Assembly (NCBI GenBank): GCA_963777725.1 | Contig: CAVZRR010000009.1 | Span: 13,050 to 77,049, forward strand | Direction of reading: 5' to 3' | Source: an uncultured Gammaproteobacteria bacterium | GTDB taxonomy: Bacteria; Pseudomonadota; Gammaproteobacteria; Steroidobacterales; Steroidobacteraceae | DNA: 64,000 nucleotides | In this document: positions 18,547 to 26,284 of the stretch, piece after piece | Layout: each line of letters opens with the position of its first letter | Position numbering within the stretch: position 1 is the stretch's first letter | Made by a program: the position numbers and the translations under genes | The notes under the pieces: generated by a model | Databases searched by the model: none | The model's input: only the letters and a program-made list of their open reading frames with translations | What the model was told of the DNA's origin: nothing

Positions 18547-20145
18547 TCACTGAGTGATCCAGAGCGGCTCGTCGGCATTCGACGCGCGCAGGCCGAACGC
18601 CCACGGGGACGTCCAGTTGTCGTTCTGCAGCACGGCACCGACCTGGCCGCTCGCGGGCGCCATCGTGAACGCGGTGCCGGTCGCATCGGCGAACGCGGTC
18701 GCCGTGAAGTAGGTCCGCGGCGCGAGCACCGAGACGCTGGCATTCGCAGAGTCGGTGATCACGACGTTCCCTGTGTTGAAGGCGTAGTTGCCGCCGTTCG
18801 TGCTGGGATTGAGGCCCCGCACCCAGTCGACCAGCGGATCGCCGTTCGCGAGCGTGCCCTTGGCCGGCTCCTCGCACGCAATGATCGTGTTGACCAGCGT
18901 CGATTCGCCGGCGGCGGCAGCAGCCAGCGACACGCTGCTCTCGATCTCGAGGCACTCGTTCGAGGTCTTGCCGTTGGCGGTCACGCCGTACGCTGCGTAG
19001 ACGATGCTGTCCTGCAGCTGGATCCGGCCGCCCTGGCGCACCAGCGGGCCCTCGGAGTCGCCGTGCGTGCCGGCGTCGAAGTTCGACGTGATGCAGGTCA
19101 TGTTGCGGATCGTCGGGTTGGTCAGCGGCGTCGTGTCGAGCGGCGCGCCGGCGTTGCTGCGGCCTTCGCCGATGTTGTCGCCCTCGACGCAGCGATTGCC
19201 ATCCGTGCGGTAGTGGATGACGAGCGCCTTGTCGATCGTGCCGCTCCAGCCGTCCGAGAAGTCGAGGGAGTCGTCACGCGCGAACAGCACGACGGCGTTG
19301 CTGACGTTGACCGCGCCGCCGAAGAACTCGAGGCCGTCGTCGAACGTGCTGTAGACCTGCACGAACTCCACCTCGGTGCCCGCGCCGACCGCGTTGAACG
19401 TGATGCCGTTCAGCTCGTCGCCCGGCGCCACTTCGAAGCCCGTGTGCTTGACGACCACGTAGCGCAGCGAGCCGGAGCTCTCGGCGTTGTCGTTGCCGCC
19501 GTAGTTCGAGGGCTGGCCCTCGGCCGTGACGTGGCACTGGTTGTTCAGCCGCTGGTCGTCGGTGCAGTTGTTCGTGATGCCGTTGCCGTTGATCACGAGG
19601 CCGCCCCACAGCGAGACGTCGTTGGCACCGGCGGTGTTCGAAACCGCATCGGCGAACGCGGTGAACGTGATCGGCGCGGAAGGAGAGCCCTGCGCGATGA
19701 TCTGCGAGCCGCGGTTGATCAGCACGTAGTCCGCCGAATCGGAGAACGCCAGCGTGTTACCCGCAGCGATCGTCAGCTTCGGCCCGGTGCCGCCGGCCGG
19801 CGCGGCGCCGCTGCTGACGTTCTGGCCGACGAACAGGCTGTCCTGGAAGAGATGCACGCCCGAGATGAACGGGATCGTGAGGTCCACCAGCAGCGGGTTG
19901 GTCGTGCCGACGAAATCGGCACCGTAGACGCAGTTGCGGCCGTCGAACGTGCCCTGGCGAACCTGGCTCGAGTTGGGAATCGTGTACGAGGCGCACGGGT
20001 TGGTGCTGCCGCCGCCGCCCGAGGTGTTCTGGCTGTTGTCGACCGAGTTGTCGGTCGTCGCGACCTTGAGGTCCACGCCGCCGCCCTCGCAGGCAGCCAG
20101 GCCAACGATCGCGACGCCCGCGAACAGCAAGCGATACATGTTCAT
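18547..20145 (-). CDS. Lipoprotein of unknown function, co-oriented immediately upstream of the TonB-dependent receptor
   Basis: MNMYRLLFAGVAIVGLAAC lipobox. AGGAGA lies 8 nt upstream of the ATG at 20145. Only 8 nt separate its stop from the receptor start. Confidence 0.7.
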   Translation of the reverse strand: MNMYRLLFAGVAIVGLAACEGGGVDLKVATTDNSVDNSQNTSGGGGSTNPCASYTIPNSSQVRQGTFDGRNCVYGADFVGTTNPLLVDLTIPFISGVHLFQDSLFVGQNVSSGAAPAGGTGPKLTIAAGNTLAFSDSADYVLINRGSQIIAQGSPSAPITFTAFADAVSNTAGANDVSLWGGLVINGNGITNNCTDDQRLNNQCHVTAEGQPSNYGGNDNAESSGSLRYVVVKHTGFEVAPGDELNGITFNAVGAGTEVEFVQVYSTFDDGLEFFGGAVNVSNAVVLFARDDSLDFSDGWSGTIDKALVIHYRTDGNRCVEGDNIGEGRSNAGAPLDTTPLTNPTIRNMTCITSNFDAGTHGDSEGPLVRQGGRIQLQDSIVYAAYGVTANGKTSNECLEIESSVSLAAAAAGESTLVNTIIACEEPAKGTLANGDPLVDWVRGLNPSTNGGNYAFNTGNVVITDSANASVSVLAPRTYFTATAFADATGTAFTMAPASGQVGAVLQNDNWTSPWAFGLRASNADEPLWITQ

Positions 20146-20332
20146 GCGCAAACTCTCCTGAGTACGACGGCAAGGAAACGGGAAGCGCGTACCTTAGGGA
20201 GCGTCCGTGACTGAAAAGTGACCAGCGCATGACGACGGCGTGACGGTGGCCCGGACTGCGCGCGGGCCGCCGGCAGCGTGCGCGTGGCAGATCCGCGGCA
20301 AGGGAGGCAGAATGCGGGCGTAACGATCTCGC

Positions 20333-22060
20333 GTGACCCGGATCATCAAACAGTCCTCGACGAATCTCGCGGCAACCCGGGACCGGCTCCTCACGATCGG
20401 GCCCGGCCTCGCCGGCCTGCTCGGCTACCAGCGGAACAACCTGCCGCACGATGTCGTCGCGGGACTGGCCGTGGCCGCCGTCACCGTGCCGGTCGGCATC
20501 GCCAACGCGCAACTCGCGGGCCTGCCGCCGGCGACCGGCCTGTACGCGAGCATCCTGCCGCTCGTGGCCTACGCGATCTTCGGCACCTCGCGGCAACTGA
20601 TCGTCGGTACGTCCGCGGCGGCGTCGGCACTGGTCGCTTCTGCGGTCGCACCACTGGCGGGCGGCGACCCCGCGCTCTACCTCGCCCTGTCGATGATGCT
20701 GGCTCTGCTGGTCGGGCTGATGTGCATCGGCGCGAGCTTCCTCCGCCTCGGCGCCATTGCCGACTTCCTCTCGAAGCCGATCCTGGTCGGCTTCATGAAC
20801 GGCCTGTCGATCAGCATCGTGCTGGGCCAGCTCGGTCCGCTGTTCGGCATCCAGATCGCGTCGAGCGGGTTCTTTCCGCGCGCCTTCGAGTTCATGCGCA
20901 GCCTGTCGCTGACGCACCTGCCGACGCTGGCGATCGGTCTGCTGTCGCTCGCCGTGCTGGTCGCCTCGGGGCGCTACCTGCGCAAGGTGCCGGCCGCGCT
21001 GCTGGCGATGCTCGTCGCCGGTCTCGCGGCGTGGCTCTTCTCGCTCGAGCCGGCCGGCGTCTCGATGATCGGCAAGGTGCCGGCCGGCCTGCCGATGCTG
21101 TCGCTGCCGCGCGTCCCGCTGCATCACCTGCCGGTCCTGCTCGCCGAGGCCGCAGGCCTTGCGCTGGTCAGCTTCTCGAGCATGATGCTGGTCGCGCGGA
21201 GCTTCGCCGACAAGAACCGCTACGACATCGACGCCGATCGCGAGATCGCGGCGCTCGGCGCCGCCAACATCGCCGCAGCCGTATCGCAGAGCTTCGTCGT
21301 CACCGGTTCGGGCACGCGCACTGCGGTGGCGGAATCTGCAGGCGCGCGCACGCAGGTCGCGGGCCTGGTGGCCGCCGCCGTGCTGGTGCCGGTGCTGCTG
21401 TTCCTCACGGCACCGCTGCAATTCGTGCCGACGGTGGCCCTCGCCGCGATCCTGATCACCACCGGGCTGTCGCTGATCAACTGGGAAGACCTGCGGGCGA
21501 TCTACCGGATCGATCCGCAGGAATTCTGGCTGGCGATGATCGCGACCGTCGGCGTGCTGCTGTTCGGCGCGATCCAGGCCATCCTGTTCGTGGTCGTGCT
21601 GGCGCTGCTGCGCTTCGTGCGGCTCACGGCGCGGCCGAAGGTGGAAATCCTCGGCGAGCTCGCGGGCAACGCGGGCTACCAGTCGCTCGAGCGCCACCCG
21701 GCCGCAGCCTCGCCGCCGGGACTGGTGCTGTTCCGCTACAACGGGCCGATCGTTTTCTTCAGCGCGCCGCACTTCAAGAAGGCGGTGCGCAAGGCCGCGG
21801 CGGATGCCGGACCCGACCTCAAGTGGTTCGTCATCGACCTGCTGCCGGTCAGCATGATCGACGCCACGGGATTGTTCGCGATTCGCGACGAGTTCGACGC
21901 GCTGCGTTCGCGCGGCATCGTGGTGGCCGCAGCCGGCCGCGACACCGAGTGGGCCGATCGCGCGGCCCGGCGGGACCTGAGCGGGGTCCTGACCGGCATC
22001 CGCTTCTTCCCGACGCTGCGGCTCGCCGAGCTCGCCTATCGCGCGGAAACGCAGGCCTAG
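20333..22060 (+). CDS. SulP-family anion transporter with a C-terminal STAS domain
   Basis: DVVAGLAVAAVTVPVGIANAQLAGLPPATGLYASILPLVAYAIFGTSRQLIVG is the typical SulP signature region. STAS-like tail (VLFRYNGPIVFFSAPHF...). Confidence 0.85.
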   Translation: MTRIIKQSSTNLAATRDRLLTIGPGLAGLLGYQRNNLPHDVVAGLAVAAVTVPVGIANAQLAGLPPATGLYASILPLVAYAIFGTSRQLIVGTSAAASALVASAVAPLAGGDPALYLALSMMLALLVGLMCIGASFLRLGAIADFLSKPILVGFMNGLSISIVLGQLGPLFGIQIASSGFFPRAFEFMRSLSLTHLPTLAIGLLSLAVLVASGRYLRKVPAALLAMLVAGLAAWLFSLEPAGVSMIGKVPAGLPMLSLPRVPLHHLPVLLAEAAGLALVSFSSMMLVARSFADKNRYDIDADREIAALGAANIAAAVSQSFVVTGSGTRTAVAESAGARTQVAGLVAAAVLVPVLLFLTAPLQFVPTVALAAILITTGLSLINWEDLRAIYRIDPQEFWLAMIATVGVLLFGAIQAILFVVVLALLRFVRLTARPKVEILGELAGNAGYQSLERHPAAASPPGLVLFRYNGPIVFFSAPHFKKAVRKAAADAGPDLKWFVIDLLPVSMIDATGLFAIRDEFDALRSRGIVVAAAGRDTEWADRAARRDLSGVLTGIRFFPTLRLAELAYRAETQA

Positions 22061-22063
22061 CCG

Positions 22064-22855
22064 CTAACGCGTCACCCACCGGTAGGCGGTGCCGGCGAGG
22101 CCTTCGGGGTCGAACGGTCGCCACTGGCCCTCGGGCTGCGCCAGCCGATCGGCGACGATCCACAGCACCACGGCGTTGAAACCCAGCCCGCAGTGGCTGC
22201 CCGGCACGCGGATGTTCTCGTGCATGGCCGGGTCGCCGTCGAACATCGCCTGGTGCTTCGGCACGACCCCGTCACTGTCGGAATACAGGCAGCTCATCGG
22301 CACCGGCGGCCGCGCGCGCAGTTGCTTCACGCGTGGCTGCATCGCGTGCGCCGCCGATCCGAGCGGGTGCGCGACGAGCCGGTACAGCGCGTGCACGACC
22401 GGCGGCGACTGGCTGCCCTCGGGACCGACCGTGACCGGGCTGCCGAGCGTGATGATGCCGCGCACGCACTCGGCGGCGTGGTGGGCGACGTACAGCGCGA
22501 ACGCACCGCCGAGGCTCCAGCCCACGATGCTGACCTTGCGGCCGTGCTTGTGGTGCATGAAGCGCACCTTCTGCTCGAGCGCGGCGACGTGCTTGCGCTG
22601 CAGCCCGACGTTGCGGCCGAAGCCCCAGGTCTCGACGACGTAACCGCGGTTGCGCAGGAACGCCTTCATCGCGGCGAGCGGAATCTCGCTGCTCAGGAAA
22701 CCGGGCACCAGCAGCACCGGGTGGCCGTCGCCGTGCGGCGCGCGCAGCAGGAAGGGCAGCGCCTGCGGCAGCATCGCGAGCTCGAGCGCCGCGCGCAGCT
22801 CGAGCAGCGAATGCAGCGTGCGTGGCGGACCTATTCGGGACGGTGCAGTGGCCAT
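22064..22855 (-). CDS. Alpha/beta-fold hydrolase
   Basis: HPVLLVPGFLSS and nucleophile elbow VGWSLGG. The start is uncertain (ATG 22855 or TTG 22882). Confidence 0.7.
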   Translation of the reverse strand: MATAPSRIGPPRTLHSLLELRAALELAMLPQALPFLLRAPHGDGHPVLLVPGFLSSEIPLAAMKAFLRNRGYVVETWGFGRNVGLQRKHVAALEQKVRFMHHKHGRKVSIVGWSLGGAFALYVAHHAAECVRGIITLGSPVTVGPEGSQSPPVVHALYRLVAHPLGSAAHAMQPRVKQLRARPPVPMSCLYSDSDGVVPKHQAMFDGDPAMHENIRVPGSHCGLGFNAVVLWIVADRLAQPEGQWRPFDPEGLAGTAYRWVTR

Positions 22856-22891
22856 GGAGTAGGATCCCCAGCGATCCGCCAACGATAACAG

Positions 22892-22958
22892 AGGTGCCGG
22901 TGGTCGGATCCGTTGGATTTGGCGCTGCCAAATCCGACGGATCCGACCACCGGCACCT
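22892..22958. repeat. 67-nt palindromic hairpin element, copy 1
   Basis: AGGTGCCGGTGGTCGGATCCGTTGGATTTGGC-gct-GCCAAATCCGACGGATCCGACCACCGGCACCT. I paired it by hand into a 32-bp stem with one G-U and a 3-nt loop. It lies between the divergent hydrolase and WS/DGAT genes. Confidence 0.9.
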
Positions 22959-22971
22959 TCGGAAAATGCTT

Positions 22972-24354
22972 ATGAAGAGACTGACCGGCCTGGACGGGAT
23001 GTTCCTGCATCTCGAGACGCCGCAAACACCGATGCACGTCGGCTCGCTGGCGCTGCTCGACCTGCCGAAGGGCTACCGCGGCGACTTCCTCGAGGACGTC
23101 AAGCGCTTGTACGCGCGCCGGATCCCGCTCGCGCCCGTGGTGAGCCGGAAACTGCTGGAACTGCCGCTGCACATGGCCAATCCGGTCTGGGTGCAGGCGG
23201 AGTCCATCGACCTTGACGCGCACATCCGGCGCATCGTGCTGCCGAAGCCTGGCACGCAGGCGCAGCTCGAGGACTGCGTCGGTCAACTGCACTCGATTCC
23301 ACTCGACCGGACCCGGCCGCTCTGGAGCGTCGCCATCATCGAGGGCCTGAAGAGCGGCCAGGTCGCCTACTACACGAACATCCACCACGCCGTGATCGAC
23401 GGGCAGGCTGGCGTCGAGTTGTCGAAGGCGATCTTCGATCTCACGCCGAAGTCGCGACGCGTTGCGCGCGTGCCGCATCGAACCATGCGGCGCGGGGACG
23501 AGCACCCCTGGCCCGGCGCGCTGATCGCAGGGGCCTTGCGACACGACGCGGAGCAGTATGCGAATTTCGTGCAGCAGCTGCCGGAGCTCGCCCGCAGGCT
23601 CGCCGGCATGAGGCGCGCTGCAAGGAGCAGTGCACCCGGCGGCTTCGCGCCAAGGACTCCGCTCAACGTCGGCATCAGCGCCGAGCGCGGCTTCGCCGGC
23701 GTGTCGGTACCGATGAAGGAAGTCAAGGCGATCGCGACGGCATACGAGGCGAAGGTCAACGACGTCGTGCTGGCGATCTGCAGCGGTGCCCTGCGGCGGT
23801 ACCTGGGACACCACGGCGGTGTCCCGGAAGAGTCGCTGATCGCGGCCATGCCGATCTCGCTGCGCGAGCCCGGCAATACCGAGTTCACGACCCAGGCGAC
23901 CATGGTCCGGGTCGCCCTCGCCACCGACATCGCCGACCCGGTACGCCGCCTGCGCGTGATCCGCGACGCGACTAGCGCTGCGAAGTCAACCAGCGGCCGC
24001 GGCAAATCACTGCTGCCCATGGACTTCCCGACCATCGGCCTGCCTTGGATCGTGCACGGGCTGGCGTCGCTGTATGGTCGATCGGGCCTCACCAACCTCG
24101 CTCCGCCGATCGTCAACGTCGTCGTCTCGAACGTTCCCGGCCCGCCCGTGCCGCTGTATTTCGCGGGCGCCCGAGTCGCCCAATACTGGCCTCTGTCCAT
24201 CGTCCAGCACGGGCTCGGCGTCAACATCACGGTGGAAAGCTACGCCGGCGCCCTCGGCTTCGGCGTGACCACGGCTCGCGACGCCATGCGGGATCCGCGC
24301 CAGTTCGCCCGGGCGCTGCTCGCCGCGCACCAGCAATTGATGAAGCGGCTGTGA
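22972..24354 (+). CDS. WS/DGAT wax-ester synthase / diacylglycerol acyltransferase
   Basis: MKRLTGLDGMFLHLETPQTPMHVGSL N-terminus and catalytic HHAVIDGQAG (HHxxxDG). An alternative ATG exists at 22966. Confidence 0.85.
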   Translation: MKRLTGLDGMFLHLETPQTPMHVGSLALLDLPKGYRGDFLEDVKRLYARRIPLAPVVSRKLLELPLHMANPVWVQAESIDLDAHIRRIVLPKPGTQAQLEDCVGQLHSIPLDRTRPLWSVAIIEGLKSGQVAYYTNIHHAVIDGQAGVELSKAIFDLTPKSRRVARVPHRTMRRGDEHPWPGALIAGALRHDAEQYANFVQQLPELARRLAGMRRAARSSAPGGFAPRTPLNVGISAERGFAGVSVPMKEVKAIATAYEAKVNDVVLAICSGALRRYLGHHGGVPEESLIAAMPISLREPGNTEFTTQATMVRVALATDIADPVRRLRVIRDATSAAKSTSGRGKSLLPMDFPTIGLPWIVHGLASLYGRSGLTNLAPPIVNVVVSNVPGPPVPLYFAGARVAQYWPLSIVQHGLGVNITVESYAGALGFGVTTARDAMRDPRQFARALLAAHQQLMKRL

Positions 24355-24361
24355 TCTCGAG

Positions 24362-24427
24362 AGGTGCCGGTGGTCGGATCCGTCGGATTTGGCAATGCCA
24401 AATCCGACGGATCCGACCACCGGCACC
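24362..24427. repeat. Palindromic hairpin element, copy 2
   Basis: Same sequence as copy 1 except for one stem base and the loop. It forms a perfect 31-bp stem (24363-24427) and starts 8 nt after the WS/DGAT stop. Confidence 0.9.
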
Positions 24428-24484
24428 GGCCCATTGAGCGTATAAAGGTAGACCCCCCTCCGAGCCGACGAGAGCGTTCGAGCA

Positions 24485-24799
24485 ATGCACGACAAGTCCC
24501 GCGTCTTCGACAACGACCCGCCCTACGGGGCCGCCAGCGACATCGCCGCGGAGCGGCGCCAGCGCATTGCCGCCGAGCTGGCCGCCGTGCAGGAACGCAA
24601 GCAGCGCGATCTTTCACTGCAGACGTCGATGTCGAGCTCGCCCGAAGAGCGCATCAGCCTGTGGGAGCGACGCCACGGCATGAGCCTGCCGCGCGATGCG
24701 GCGCACCCCGTGCTGCCGTTCATCGCCAAGAGCACCGGACTGCTGCTCGAGCAGGTCCTGGACGAGCAGCGCCGCCGGGCCAGCCTCCGCGGCAACTGA
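24485..24799 (+). CDS. Hypothetical protein (104 aa)
   Basis: Track ORF with plausible composition (MHDKSRVFDNDPPYGAASDIAAERRQRIAAELAAVQERKQRD...). Same strand as the SIR2-TIR gene and upstream of it. No recognisable domain. Confidence 0.45.
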   Translation: MHDKSRVFDNDPPYGAASDIAAERRQRIAAELAAVQERKQRDLSLQTSMSSSPEERISLWERRHGMSLPRDAAHPVLPFIAKSTGLLLEQVLDEQRRRASLRGN

Positions 24800-24904
24800 T
24801 CGATCGACGCGTCAGCGCGTCGGCGCGTCAGCGGGCCATCGGGTTCCTGCCGGGAGAGTGCTATTCTCGGCGTGCACAGGGGATGACCGCGCACAAACAG
24901 AACG

Positions 24905-26284
24905 ATGGCCGCGCTACCGCAGCTGCAGAACCTCGATGACGATGCCTGGGACGACCTCCTCAATTACATAGAGGAGCGTCGGGTCATCCCGATCATCGGG
25001 CCCGACCTGCTGCGCGTCGAAACCGAGCGCGGCCCGCGCCTGCTCTACGAGTGGCTCGCCGAGAAACTCGCCGCCCGGCTTGCGGTCGACGTGACCGGGC
25101 TGACCCAACCCCTGACGCTGAACGACGTGGTCTGCTGCTACCTCGGCCAGCGCGGCCGGCGCGAAGAGGTCTACACCCGGCTGCGCTCGATCATGCGCGA
25201 GGTGCAGCTCGCACCCACGATGGCGCTGCGGCAACTGGCGCAGATCACCGACTTCGACCTGTTCGTGACCACGACGTTCGATCCGTTGCTGGAGCAGGCA
25301 CTCAACCTGGAGCGGTTCGGCGGCCAGCCGACGGCAGACGTCATCGCCTATGCGCCGAACCGCGTCGCGGACCTGCCCGCCGAGCGCAGCCAGCTGCAGC
25401 GCCCGGTGGTCTATCACCTGCTGGGACGCCTCTCGGCCTCGCCCACCTACGTCGTCTCCGACGAGGACATGCTCGAATTCATCTGCGCGCTGCAGTCCGA
25501 GCACCTGACGCCGGAGAAGCTTTTCCACGAGCTGGAGCACAACCACCTGCTGCTGATCGGCAGCGATTTCTCGAACTGGCTGGCGCGTCTCTTCCTGCGC
25601 ATGGCGAAGCGCCGCAGGCTTTCGGATCCGCGCGACGTCGGCGAGGTGTTCGCCGACGACCACACGATGAAGGACGAGCGGCTCGTCGCATTCCTGCAGC
25701 AGGTCAGCGTGCGCACGCGCGTCTACTCCGGTGCCGAGGCTTTCGTCGCGGAACTGCACCAACGCTGGCAGCAGCGCCAGACGACCGCGGCGCCCGCGCC
25801 TGTCGCCGGCACCGCGCCGCAGCGCTTCCTGCCGCCGTCACGCGAGATGCCGGAGAACGCGATCTTCATCAGCTACGCGCGTGAGGACCTGCCCGCCGTG
25901 CAGCGTCTCAAGGCCGGTCTCGACGCCGCGGGCCTGACGACCTGGTTCGACCTCGACCGTCTCGAGGGTGGCGACGACTACGACCGCAAGATCCACGCGA
26001 ACATCGCGCGCTGCAGCTTTTTCCTGCCGGTGATCTCGGCGACGACCCAGCGCCGGCTCGAAGCGTATTTCCGGCGCGAGTGGAGCTATGCAGTGGATCG
26101 CTCACGGAACATCGCCGAGGGTGCGGTCTTCATCCTGCCGGTCTGCATCGACGACACCTCGGAGGCGGCGGCCCTGGTGCCTGACAAGTTCAAGTCCGTG
26201 CACATCTCGCGCCTCCCGGATGGCGAGCCGACGCCCGACTTCCTGCGCCGGCTGCAGGATCTCTTCAGCGCACGCCGCGCATGA
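24905..26284 (+). CDS. SIR2-like (SIR2_2-type) domain fused to a C-terminal TIR domain
   Basis: SIR2_2-like blocks: RVIPIIGPDLL, FDLFVTTTFDPLLEQAL, VVYHLLGRLSASPTYVVSDEDMLEF, NHLLLIGSDFSNWLARLFL. TIR: AIFISYAREDLPAVQRLKAGLDAAGLTTWFDLDRLEGGDDYDRKI...FFLPVIS...FRREWSYA. Confidence 0.75.
   Translation: MAALPQLQNLDDDAWDDLLNYIEERRVIPIIGPDLLRVETERGPRLLYEWLAEKLAARLAVDVTGLTQPLTLNDVVCCYLGQRGRREEVYTRLRSIMREVQLAPTMALRQLAQITDFDLFVTTTFDPLLEQALNLERFGGQPTADVIAYAPNRVADLPAERSQLQRPVVYHLLGRLSASPTYVVSDEDMLEFICALQSEHLTPEKLFHELEHNHLLLIGSDFSNWLARLFLRMAKRRRLSDPRDVGEVFADDHTMKDERLVAFLQQVSVRTRVYSGAEAFVAELHQRWQQRQTTAAPAPVAGTAPQRFLPPSREMPENAIFISYAREDLPAVQRLKAGLDAAGLTTWFDLDRLEGGDDYDRKIHANIARCSFFLPVISATTQRRLEAYFRREWSYAVDRSRNIAEGAVFILPVCIDDTSEAAALVPDKFKSVHISRLPDGEPTPDFLRRLQDLFSARRA

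Noticed and set aside
15965-21772. Several 500-850-aa ORFs: 15965..18529(+), 18526..20214(+), 19757..21772(-)
   Set aside because: They are antisense or out of frame relative to the TonB-dependent receptor, its lipoprotein and the SulP transporter, which all carry diagnostic motifs. Their translations are dominated by R/D/A/G/V with no domains.
22892-24427. The two palindromic repeats as a CRISPR array or integron attC sites
   Set aside because: There are only two copies, 1.4 kb apart, with a complete gene between them, and no cas or intI genes in the window. The arms are perfectly self-complementary, unlike most CRISPR repeats. I see no attC-type R/L core sites (GTTRRRY / RYYYAAC).
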